From contig NW_021824190.1 in assembly GCF_006345805.1 (NCBI RefSeq), positions 1 through 19,679 on the forward strand: a stretch of 19,679 nt of DNA, written 5' to 3'. The first letter of the stretch is position 1. The number at the start of each line of letters is the position of its first letter. The position numbers were made by a program, and so were the translations under genes. This stretch comes from Octopus sinensis (taxonomy: Eukaryota). Shown here piece after piece: positions 1 through 8,740 of the stretch. The notes beneath the pieces were generated by a model, which saw nothing but the letters and a program-made list of their open reading frames with translations, did not search any database and was not told the DNA's origin.

Positions 1-660
1 ATGTTCAAAGATCATGCTTCACCACCTCGTCCCCAGGTTTTCCTGGGTCTACCTCTTCCACAGGTTCCCTCAACCGCTAGGGTGTGGCACTTTTTCACAC
101 AACTATCTTCATCCATTCTCGCCACATGACCATACCAGCACAGTCGTCTCTCTTGCACACCACATCTAATGCTTCTTAGGTCCAACTCTCAAGGTACTTA
201 CACTCTGTCGGGTATGAACACTGACATTACACATCCATCGGAGCATACTGGCTTCATTCCTTGCGAGCTTATGCATATCCTCAGCAGTCATGGCCCATGT
301 TTCACTGCCATGTAGCATGGCTGTTCGTACACATGCGTCGTACAGTCTACCTTTTACTCTGAGAAAGAGGCCCTTTGTCACCAGTAGAGGTAAGAGCTCT
401 CTGAACTTAGCCCAGGCTATTCTTATTCCAGCAGCTACACTTTCAGTGCACCCTCCCCTGCTACTGACTTGGTCACCTAGGTAACAGAAGCTATCAACTA
501 TTTCTAGTTTTTCTCCCTGGAATGTGGTGGAAGTTGGTCTCTGTGCATTTTCAGTGTCTATTGCTCCTGAGCATCTGCCACATACAAAAACTATCTTCCT
601 AGTTAGCCTTCCTTTGACATTGCTGCACCTCTTATGTGTCCATAGCTTACACTGGGTACA
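1..660 (-). mobile_element. 5'-truncated RTE-type non-LTR retrotransposon, C-terminal part of the RT ORF (frameshifted)
   Basis: ORF 166..795 gives KLEIVDSFCYLGDQV...RIAWAKFRELLPLL...KGRLYDACVRTAMLHGSETW...EASMLRWMC. After a frameshift near 185 my translation continues LDLRSIRCGVQERRLCWYGHVARM...GRGRPRKTW, typical of RTE-like ORF C-termini. Similarity stops at about 660, next to TA/CA low-complexity sequence. Confidence 0.88.
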
Positions 661-852
661 AATATATGTATATAACAAAAGATTACACACATTGGCATAT
701 CCACATGCATTATATGGTTGTATACATGCATTCACACATAAACACACACACATAAAAATATAGAGATACATATATATATTTACACACATTTCCATCTATA
801 GAAAAGCTCATAGACAAACATGGAGACAGAGACACATGCACATGTATATTCT

Positions 853-945
853 GCATGGCACCTTGAGTAGATGTCTTCTGCTGTAGCCATGCGCCAACCA
901 TTGTTTCTTCTGCATATTTGGTTGACAGAAACTTTGTGCAAGTCA
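853..945 (+). mobile_element. Degenerate fragment of SINE family A (central domain)
   Basis: gcatggcaccttgagtagatgtcttctgctgtagcc...tttggttgacagaaact aligns by eye to 13642-13734. Confidence 0.55.
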
Positions 946-1038
946 TGCATGTGCAGGCGCACATGTGTGTGTGTGTGTGCATCTGTTTTGTGTGTGGGTG
1001 AGCGTGCATGTGTGTGCATGTGTGCGTGTGTGTGTGTT
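945..1038. repeat. (TG)n/(TGCA) compound microsatellite
   Basis: Direct reading. Confidence 0.85.
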
Positions 1039-1144
1039 TCTTCGTCCATCTCCTGTATTCAAATTTTATTACCCACAACAAAACAGCTTTGTAAAGAAAG
1101 AACTCAATACAAGTGCCAAAGTGAAACATAAACAACTTTTTCAA

Positions 1145-1518
1145 TCTTTTGACTTATAACTGTTTCAGTGATTTGATTGTGGCCATGCTACAGTTCCATC
1201 TTGAAGAAATCATCTGTAGTAGTTATTTCTTCAAAGCCTAGTACTTATTCGATTGATCTCTTATGAGGAAGCACTGACCTACAGGGACATAAACAAACCA
1301 ACACTAGTTGTCTGGTGGTGGATCATGCATAAACAAACACAAAGGCATCCACAAATACACACACATGCATGCATGTATATGAGATGGGCTTCTTTTAGTT
1401 TCCGTCTACCAAATGCACTCACAAAGCTTTGGTCAACCCAGGCACTTGCCCAAGATCAAGCAATAGGACTGAACTCAGAAAAATGTGGTCGGGAAGCAAA
1501 CATCTTACCACAGCGCCA
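1145..1518 (-). mobile_element. tRNA-derived SINE family A, diverged near-complete copy
   Basis: Reverse complement has the head tggcgctgtggtaag...gagttcagtcc, the gacggaaact..aagaagccc block, an internal CA/TA tract and a tail ending ctgaaacag. Colinear with 3081-3476 and 13591-14012. Confidence 0.75.
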
Positions 1519-1525
1519 CACTTTT

Positions 1526-1606
1526 AGTTGATTTGTTCGACTAAATATTTCTATATTGTGCTCCAGCTTGGCCACAGTCCAATAACTGAAATAAATAAAT
1601 GAATAA
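1526..1606 (+). mobile_element. SINE family A 3' tail fragment
   Basis: gatttgttcgactaa...gtgctccagcttggccacagtccaataactgaaat matches 13927-13985. Confidence 0.65.
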
Positions 1607-1636
1607 GCATGATTAGATATTTAGAGGCATTACTGC

Positions 1637-1758
1637 CCACCATGGGCCTTTGCATTCAGTCCTGCAGCATGGCACTTTGGGCAGGTGTCTTCTACTATAG
1701 CCCCTGATTGACCAAAGCCTTGTGAATGGATTAGGTAATCGGAAACTGAAAGAAGCCT
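1637..1758 (+). mobile_element. SINE family A 5' half
   Basis: ttcagtcc...ggcactttgggcaggtgtcttctactatagccc...ggaaactgaaagaagcc matches 13631-13732. Followed by a CA/TA microsatellite. Confidence 0.8.
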
Positions 1759-1825
1759 ATCATACACAAGCACACATGTACACATACATATACACTTGAA
1801 TGTACTGTATAAATACACAAACATG

Positions 1826-1869
<44 letters not shown>

Positions 1870-2134
1870 ATACACACGTATATAAATATGTTCATACATA
1901 CACACATATATGTTTATATGTACATGCTTACTCAGTTAATTCCATTCCACCCCAAACCACTTCCATTTTCCATTATCTCCCCCCCCCTACCTCACCTACT
2001 GCCTTCACCAGTCACCTGTGCTTTTCCTCTCCTGGTAGTCAACACCTCTCTTATCACCTTCAATGCCCTCACATACCTACCCACCGACCCCTACTCCCAA
2101 ATCTCTCTCCTATATTTTGCTCTATCCTGCTCAC

Positions 2135-2263
2135 CCATCCAGTCCAAACCACTTATGCCAAAACAAACAATGGTGCCAAATATGACCCTTAACTTTCCAA
2201 GTTCTTGTCAACCTGTCCAGCCCATGTCAGCCTAGAAAATAGATGTTGAAGGCTGATGATGAT
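2135..2263 (+). mobile_element. Diverged 3' fragment related to SINE family B, ending in (GAT)n
   Basis: catccag...tgccaaaac...acctgtccagcccatgtcagcctagaaaatagatgtt...gatgatgat resembles 2610-2750. Confidence 0.6.
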
Positions 2264-2439
2264 ATAGAGACAATGATTCTAATCAACAGATAAAGCATTG
2301 GGTTTTAATGTACAAATTATATATACATGTATACATGTAAAAAATGGAGACAGACCTGCAAATTTTCAGATGATTAACAATCAGTGATACATATATGTTT
2401 TTTTAATTGAGCAAACTTACTCAGATTACCTAGACTCAT

Positions 2440-2750
2440 CCGAGAATGTGGCCGTTGCCAGTTCCGCCTATCCAAATGTGGCTGTTGCCAGTGCTGGCTT
2501 CCGTGCTGGTGGCATGTAAAAAGCACCAACCGATCATCGCTGTTGCCAGCCTTGCTTGGCATGAAAAAAGCGCCCACTCCACTCACGGAGTGGTTGACGT
2601 CAGGAAGGGCATCCAGCTGTAGAAACACTGCCAGATCAAATTGGAGCCTGGTGCAGCCTCCTGGCTTCCCAGACCCCGGTCGAACCGTCCAACCCATGCC
2701 AGCATGGAAAACAGACGTTAAACGATAATGATGATGATGATGATGATGAT
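2440..2750 (+). mobile_element. SINE family B (aggaagggcatccagctgtagaaa core, (GAT)n tail)
   Basis: Internal repeats tgtggcYgttgccag and ggcatg.aaaaagc.cc, core ggttgacgtcaggaagggcatccagctgtagaaac, and tail ccaacccatgccagcatggaaaacagacgttaaacg(atg)n. Homologous to 2863-3054 and 10367-10650. Confidence 0.85.
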
Positions 2751-2862
2751 ATATAGCATATAGTTTTTATTCATTTAAAAGAAGAAAAGAAATAGAGATT
2801 AGGTAGTTAATAACTGTTTATTATTAACAACAAATTGTTCTTCGTTGCACTGGCACTATTTA

Positions 2863-3054
2863 TCATCATCATCATCATCATCATCGTTTAACGTCCGTTT
2901 TCAATGCTAGTATGGGTTGGACGGTTCAACTGGGGTCTGGGAAGCCAGGAGGCTGCACCAGGCTCCAGTCTGATCTGGCAGTGTTTCTACGGCTGGATGC
3001 CCTTCCTAACGCCAACCACTCCGTGAGTGTAGTGGGTGCTTTTTATGTGCCACC
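2863..3054 (-). mobile_element. SINE family B, 5'-truncated, inverted relative to 2440-2750
   Basis: (cat)n-cgtttaacgtccgttttc...gctggatgcccttcctaacgccaaccactccgtgagt is the reverse complement of about 2557-2750. Confidence 0.88.
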
Positions 3055-3080
3055 CGTATATATACATATATATATATATA

Positions 3081-3476
3081 TACTCTTTTACTTGTTTCAG
3101 GCATGTGACTGCAGCCTTGCTGGAGCGCCGCCTTTAGCTGAGTAAATTGACTCCAGGACTTATTTTTGTAAGCCTAGTACTTATTCTATCAGTCTCTTTT
3201 TGCTGAACCATTAAGTTACGTGAACATAAACACACCAGCATCGGTTGTCAAGCGATGTTGGGTGAGGTACAAACACAGACACACAAACATATACACACAC
3301 ATACATATATATACACATATATATATATATGACGGGCTTCTTTCAGTTTCCGTCTACCAAATCCACTCACAAGGCTTTGGTCAGCCCAAGACTATAGTAG
3401 AAAACACTTGCCCAAGGTGCCACGCAGTGGGACTGAACCTGGAACAATGTGGTTGGTAAGCAAGCTACTTACCACA
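3081..3476 (-). mobile_element. tRNA-derived SINE family A, near-complete with internal (TA)/(CA) microsatellite
   Basis: Reverse complement is colinear with 13591-14012 over its whole length. Confidence 0.88.
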
Positions 3477-3633
3477 TACACACACACAGACATATATATA
3501 TGTATGTATATATGTATATATATATGTATATATATATATATACATATATATGATTGTTAAAGATAACAATAAAACCTGAAGGCAATACAAACATCTCAAG
3601 TCATATATGTTATCATTACTGGAAAATTTTGAA

Positions 3634-3689
3634 GTCTTACAGCTGTTTCTGGGATATTGCAAAATATGGGATATTCTATCATTGGAGAG
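3634..3689 (-). ncRNA. Degenerate minimal hammerhead-like motif (family 1, left arm)
   Basis: Minus strand: tct-CCAATGA-helix II-GAA-ACAGCTGT-A-agac. Palindromic helix III, GUA site, decayed core. Confidence 0.55.
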
Positions 3690-3956
3690 AAATAGGGAAA
3701 ATGTGAAGGGTGCAGATTAAGGAAATGATGACAAGGGGAACTGGAGAAAATGAAATAAGTAAAAGTGGAAAAAGAAGAAAGAAGGGCATAAAAGTTCACA
3801 ATTCAATATTCCAATATTGTAGATGTTAGTCCATAAGTCCTTAGGTGTAGTCCTACGTAAATCCATGTATGATTATAGGATTCTTTTCTTTATTCCTTTT
3901 CTCCATCCCTCCATGTCGTTGTTTCCTTAATCGATACCCTTCACATTTTCCTTATT

Positions 3957-4014
3957 TGTCTCCATTGACAGAATATCCTATATTTTGGGATATCTCAGAA
4001 ACAATTGTAAGACA
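3957..4014 (+). ncRNA. Degenerate minimal hammerhead-like motif (family 1, right arm)
   Basis: tgtct-CCATTGA-cagaatatcc...ggatatctca-GAA-ACAATTGT-A-agaca. 5-bp helix I (tgtct/agaca), palindromic helix III, GUA site, decayed core. Confidence 0.6.
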
Positions 4015-4236
4015 TTAAAATTTCTCCAGTTATAATAACGTATATGACTTGAGAAGTGTGTCTTGCCTTTGTGTTTATTGTGCTCTTTAACAATTATATA
4101 TCCACTATATCAGAAATCTACAACGGTTCTCTAACTTCCATCTCAGGTATGAGCTTGGAGCCCTGGTAATCCATTACAGCGCTTACCCAGCGTACCTAGT
4201 CGTTCTGATCACCTGTGAACTAAACCCCCCATATTT

Positions 4237-4345
<109 letters not shown>

Positions 4346-4384
4346 CTGTAAGTGTAATATGTAACAATTATTCGGTAGCCATGT

Positions 4385-4438
4385 TAAAACTCTGAGTTTC
4401 AGATGCTGAGGTGGAAATCCATGCCATCTCCTCAGTTA
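4385..4438 (-). ncRNA. Minimal type-I hammerhead-like motif (family 2, left arm)
   Basis: Minus strand: taa-CTGAGGA-gatggcatggatttccacctcagcatc-t-GAA-ACTCAGAGT-T-tta. Confidence 0.6.
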
Positions 4439-4490
4439 TCTAGCCATCAGCAAAATGCTATGGAAAATGTCCCTCATAGCATTTTTTTGA

Positions 4491-4564
4491 TGGCCGGATA
4501 ACTGAAGAGATGGCGGTGTGGATTTCCACCTTGGCATCCGAAACTCAGAGTTTTAACATGGCTA
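4491..4564 (+). ncRNA. Minimal type-I hammerhead-like motif (family 2, right arm)
   Basis: taa-CTGAAGA(4502-4508)-gatg..gtgga/tccac..catc-c-GAA-ACTCAGAGT-T-tta. Helix I can be extended by tggcc/ggcta. Confidence 0.68.
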
Positions 4565-4768
4565 CCAAATAATTGTTACATATTACATTTACAGATATAT
4601 ATATATATACATTCAGTGGACATGTTGTGTTAGCCCCACATGACCATCCTGCTTCTGTCTCAGGGGTGGACTTAGTCTTACCAGTGAATAGAAGGGTTCT
4701 ATCAGAAGATCTAAATCTATGGATGTCTACTACAAGTTTATGTTGGAAAGCTTTAGAGGATTTATGGA

Positions 4769-5203
4769 GGCAGAGATATCAGCAATAGAACCAAACGGGC
4801 AACCAAATGGGCAAAAGTATGTGGGAGCAACTGAAGGTCCCTTCAGAACTCACTATAACAACCACAAGTCCTCCTTCAATATCCCAGAGGGACGTAGCAT
4901 TACAACCTTGGCCAAGCATGTATGGTCTTTGAAAGAAAGCAGCACTGATCACAGCATAAAGTGGATGATTCTAGAGAAATGTAAAGCATACTTCAATGGC
5001 AGCGCAGGAAGCGCAGATGATGCCTGACTGAGAAAAGAGTGATATTAAAGAGCTCCCAGCACACAGGCATCAACCTGAACTGCAGAAGTGAAATTTTTAA
5101 TCCATGCCCACTTGAAAGGAAGTACATCCTATCATACCTGCATGCCCATCAAGACTATAATTACCAGTCCCCCAGCTTCGGCCCTTCTTCCACCAACACC
5201 TAG
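4769..5203 (+). pseudogene. Penelope-like element C-terminal GIY-YIG endonuclease remnant
   Basis: AEISAIE...KYVGATEGPFRTHYNNHKSSF...TTLAKHVWSLKE...IKWMILEKCKAYFNGS. After a frameshift near 5003: RKRR*CLTEKRVIL...NLNCRSEIFNPCPLERKYIL...* (stop 5201-5203). Fits the PLE pattern YIG..F..R...H..SF / L..Y/HVW.LK / CxxCLxEK / LNxRxE..CxH. Confidence 0.85.
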
Positions 5204-5469
5204 GAATCTAGCAAAGAATTTGGCCAGAACATACACAAATACACTCACAAATGCACATACCTTAACACAGCAAACATGCAACTAATAGACCATTTTCTGC
5301 AACCATCCCTAGTATAATGGCCCCTCCATATATTGTACCCCTACACACACTGCATGCATACAAATAGATGTCCCAAGAATTTAACCAAAACATAAAAGAA
5401 AGAAAACACACTAATGAACACAGATGTGTATCCCCACCCCCACCCCACATGATGTTCTATTCAGACCAT

Positions 5470-6185
5470 AATGAGATCTGTCAGAAGGATAATCCTGAGA
5501 CTAAAGAAATACAAACCCACGGTTTGGTAGGAGCTGGAGCATTCCACAAGTTTCTACAGCATTTTTGCCCAGTTTAGCACAAACCTTTATTGCATTGTGG
5601 GCTTCCATATTGTCATCACAATTCAGAAGCTCACTGTGCAAAACATTTTGGTTTTAAACCAGGAAAAACTTACGAAATGCTCCAGACTACTTTTGGATTG
5701 CCTTATGTGAGCTGAACATTGTTTTTTGCTGGCACAAGGGCCCAGACAAAGTAAGTCCACTGGGAAGCTAATGATGATCACCCTTTTCAACAAGGGCTCT
5801 TCTACTATGTTCCTTCTGATCAGGTAGTCAACAAAGAGTACTTTGAGGTGGTTTTTAAGGAGTTCAAAAAGAGATTTCATTGCAAAAAGGCCAGAGCACC
5901 TGCACCAGAGCACCACAGTTCCATTCTGGTAACCAACTACTTGATTGAAATGGGAATCAAAACTGTCCTTCACCCCACCCCCTACCCTCAGGACCATGTT
6001 CCCAGTGACTTTTGGTTGTTTCCCAAGCTGAAGGAGGAGATGAAGAAGATTGTGGCAAGGGTCTTGGATACCTTCTGTTTGAAGGATCTCAATAGAGCTC
6101 CAAGAAGTGACTGGAGCACTACAAGTGCATTGATGTCAGAAGATCCTACTTTGAGGAAGATTAAGCTTTTGAACTTCCTAGAAAA
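5470..6185 (+). mobile_element. Decayed, internally deleted mariner transposon
   Basis: ORF 5848..6270 contains HHSSILVTNYLIEMGIKTVLHPTPYPQDHVPSDFWLFPKLK, equivalent to the mariner HPPYSPDLAPxDFxLFPKLK motif. Upstream fragments read MMITLFNKG and VNKEYF. Ends are approximate. Confidence 0.75.
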
Positions 6186-6189
6186 ATAC

Positions 6190-6358
6190 CTTAGGAACGA
6201 GAACCCAGGTTCGAAATTTCCCCAAAACACCCGAAGAAGGCTGGTGGGTATATCAGTCGAAACGTGTTAACAACAAACAAGATGAAGACAAATATATGTC
6301 AAATGTAAACAACGTAAATAATGTAAATAATTCCTCGTCTCTTAAATATAAAACTGTA
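6190..6358 (+). mobile_element. Probable PLE pseudo-LTR fragment containing a decayed hammerhead (6226-6268; family 3)
   Basis: aacac-CCGAAGA-a-ggctg...cagtc-GAAAC-gtgtt. 5-bp helix I and 5-bp helix II. Helix III and the cleavage triplet appear deleted. Confidence 0.55.
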
Positions 6359-6894
6359 TTAGGTAGTTAAGACTTAATTCCCAGGAAGAAAGGCAGGAAA
6401 GATATACTGTGATATGCATCTGGAAGATCCTGGAAGAACTTGTTACTGACTTTGGCACCGAGAGTTATAGTAACACCAGAAGTGGGAATCATTACTTAGT
6501 GCCAAACATACTCCACTTGGTTTCAGAATAAAGGGACAGATACAGGGCCCAGCTATCAGTTTAAGCAGAAATCCATCACAAAGGAGTGTTATGGAAAGTG
6601 TCCGTGTAACTGAGAATTCAGACAATCCAAGCAATAAAATACATTAAACATAAAGACAGCAGGTTTAGAGGTGAATAGAGATTTGTTTAATCATATGTCT
6701 TCTATGGCTGTTTCTGCAACCTTCTTCATGTCGTATTAATTTCAGTACGGAAGATACTATGCGTACATATTTGCATCAATGTTTGCCCAGCATTATACAA
6801 TAAATTTGTTGATTCACAAATCAATGGAAATAAAGAAAGGTAGCTCATCAGCTCACCAAAGCATCACGGTTACATCAATAGTTCAACTCTTACT

Positions 6895-6911
6895 TTCTCT
6901 CCTCTCTCTCT

Positions 6912-6967
<56 letters not shown>

Positions 6968-7062
6968 TCTCTCCTTTTTACTTGCGTTATTTATGTCTAA
7001 CTTACTTTGTGAATACATGCACCAATATATTGTCTCTCCCACTCTCTCTCTCCCTCTCTCTT

Positions 7063-7097
<35 letters not shown>

Positions 7098-7105
7098 CTA
7101 TCTCC
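6895..7105. repeat. Two (CT)n microsatellites (6895-6975, 7040-7105)
   Basis: Direct reading. Confidence 0.9.
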
Positions 7106-7252
7106 TTCACTTTTCTTCTCTGTATGTATTATGCTTTTTTCTCAGGTGAATACCGCAGTATTTACCATTCTAACTATATGTCCACTTTGAGTAAGATATA
7201 AAGTTTGCTACGTAGTATATTATTTCCATCACACACACACACATATATATAT

Positions 7253-7296
7253 ATCATTATTGTTAAACATTCACCTTCTATGCTAGCATGGGTGGG
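7253..7296 (-). mobile_element. SINE family B tail remnant
   Basis: atcattattgttaaacattcaccttctatgctagcatgggtggg resembles catcgtttaacgtccgctttccatgctagcatgggttgg. Confidence 0.5.
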
Positions 7297-7311
7297 ATAT
7301 ATAGATGTATA

Positions 7312-7385
7312 TATTCTTTTATTCTCTTACTTGTTTCAGTCATTTGACTATGGCCATACTGGAGCATCACCTTTAGTCAAACAAA

Positions 7386-7387
<2 letters not shown>
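7312..7387 (-). mobile_element. SINE family A 3' tail
   Basis: ttacttgtttcagtcatttgactatggccatactggagcatcacctttagtc matches 3088-3140. Confidence 0.75.
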
Positions 7388-7423
<36 letters not shown>

Positions 7424-7532
7424 AATCTATATGAGATAAATTTTGTTGTGTGAGGAGAGCCATTCTTTTTTAGTGCATCATAATTTAACACACACACCGG
7501 TAAAGTTTCCACTCATTTACTTATTTATTTTT

Positions 7533-7570
7533 CCTAAAATTTTCATTGCATCTTGCAACCTTTTCAATAG
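7533..7570 (-). ncRNA. Minimal hammerhead-like motif with U3-A8 core (family 4), within a probable PLE tail at about 7430-7570
   Basis: Minus strand: cta-TTGAAAA-g-gttgc-aagat-gcaat-GAA-AATT-T-tag. Confidence 0.5.
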
Positions 7571-7819
7571 TTGATGATTCTGTGTGTTATCCGAGCTGCG
7601 TTCCATGAGATAAAGAAAATGGAAATCATGAGATTCTATATTATTGACTACAATCATTTCTCTCATTCGTTATATACTCAATGGACATGAAAGGATTTCT
7701 GAAGTAAATCCAGTACCATTTATATCCATACTGTTGATGACTTCAGGTTGATGAATGCAGTGAACATACTTTAAACAGCATACTGCAAACTGGATACCCA
7801 AATTTGAAATATATATATA

Positions 7820-8712
7820 CCATAAATTCTCGAGTATAATCCGCATATTTTCCCCAAAATTTAAAGGTCAAAATCCCTAATGCGTTCTATATACGAGATT
7901 AAAAATGAAAAATATTTTCTAAGCAATGTCAGAGTCTTTGTTTGCTGTCCAGCAATGTTTATTCAGATACATTTTGTGATGTCAGGCACGAAAATACCTT
8001 AAGCTAAGCCTGAAAGCAATGAAGTCATAAAAAGAACCATCCATAACTTGCAGTAAGCAACATTTATTAAAATTAAAATATTCAGAAAACAGAATAAATG
8101 TAACAAAAACAATTTGCAAACATATTTACATTCCCATATAACAGTTAAAAACATCACCATTATGTGCTAATAGTTTAGTGCTAAATAGTTCCTCCTGCTG
8201 TTTTGTATTGGCAGGTTGCATCATTACTGTGGCAAACGATACTTAATTAAATACCGTATTAAATGTTTGAAACTAGTGGGTCTTTACTAGGGTTTTGTTT
8301 ATAAGCAGGACTTAAACTGTACATTAATCTCCAATAAAAACATTTTATACATTATATGCCCATAAAATGCCTCATAGATCTTATTCAGCTATGTTTAAAC
8401 TTGAAGTTATATCACATGTTGAAGAGCATGGTAATAGGGCTGCCGGAAGAAAATTTGATGTTGAGGAAAGCAATGTCAGGTTATGGAGAAGAAATAGAGA
8501 TGAAATTAAACAGATACCAAAGATAAAGAAGGCAATAATAAAGGATGTTACCATATACATTTTTATAAACCAAGAACGTTATATAGACCTCTTTGATTCA
8601 AGTTAGAGAAGGGGTGCGTATTATACACAAGGTTTAGGTTTTTCAGAGGTACAGCCCCTAAAAATCCCCTGCATATTATACCCAAGGGCGGACTATACTC
8701 GAGGATTTATGG
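7820..8712 (+). mobile_element. pogo/Tc2-like non-autonomous DNA transposon (internal deletion derivative)
   Basis: 25-bp TIRs ccataaattctcgagtataatccgc (7820-7844) and gcggactatactcgaggatttatgg (8688-8712), 23/25 match. TA on both sides. Subterminal gcRtattatac repeats. Confidence 0.92.
8367..8606 (+). pseudogene. Truncated pogo-family transposase N-terminus (Brinker-type HTH DNA-binding domain)
   Basis: MPHRSYSAMFKLEVISHVEEHGNRAAGRKFDVEESNVRLWRRNRDEI fits the BrkDBD pattern of POGK-like pogo transposases. No CENP-B HTH or DDE domain follows. Confidence 0.8.
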
Positions 8713-8740
8713 TATATAAAGAAAAAAATATACGTATATA

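Larger units (their letters stand above)
3551..4235. mobile_element. Fold-back element 1: inverted arms 3551-3765 / 3884-4097 plus extension to about 4235; probable PLE inverted pseudo-LTR
   Basis: Arms of about 215 bp are reverse complements (roughly 80% identical by eye). Each arm carries a hammerhead-like motif pointing outward. Flanked by (TA)n and (TG)(TA)n. Confidence 0.75.
4346..4594. mobile_element. Fold-back element 2: about 250-bp palindrome (arms 4346-4462 / 4475-4594, 12-nt loop) with a hammerhead motif in each arm
   Basis: ctgtaagtgtaatatgtaacaattatt...aaaatgctatg / catagcatttt...aataattgttacatattacatttacag. Embedded in (TA)n on both sides. Confidence 0.85.

Noticed and set aside
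710-1159. His/Thr- or Cys/Val-rich ORFs (also 10839-11204, 13433-13859, 1630-2235)
   Set aside because: Translations of CA/TG/TA microsatellites, low-complexity DNA and SINEs.
2374-3145. Similar ORFs MGWTV.PGSGKPGGCTRLQ at 2374-2697 and 2912-3145
   Set aside because: Antisense readings of the two SINE B copies, not paralogous genes.
5018-5020. In-frame TGA in the PLE Cys motif as possible selenocysteine (reported for some Naiad PLEs)
   Set aside because: The TGA occupies the x position just before the second Cys (cgc aga tga tgc), not a Cys position, and lies next to a frameshift. Ordinary decay is more likely.
5405-5435. ctaatga-acac-agat-gtgt as a hammerhead downstream of the GIY-YIG remnant
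   Set aside because: The core is mutated and there is no GAAA or helix III. Insufficient support.
6450-6505. tttggcac...gtgccaaa inverted repeat resembling a miR-96-seed hairpin
   Set aside because: Only 8-9 bp pair. The rest needs a large bulge and the flanks do not pair, so it is not a credible pre-miRNA.
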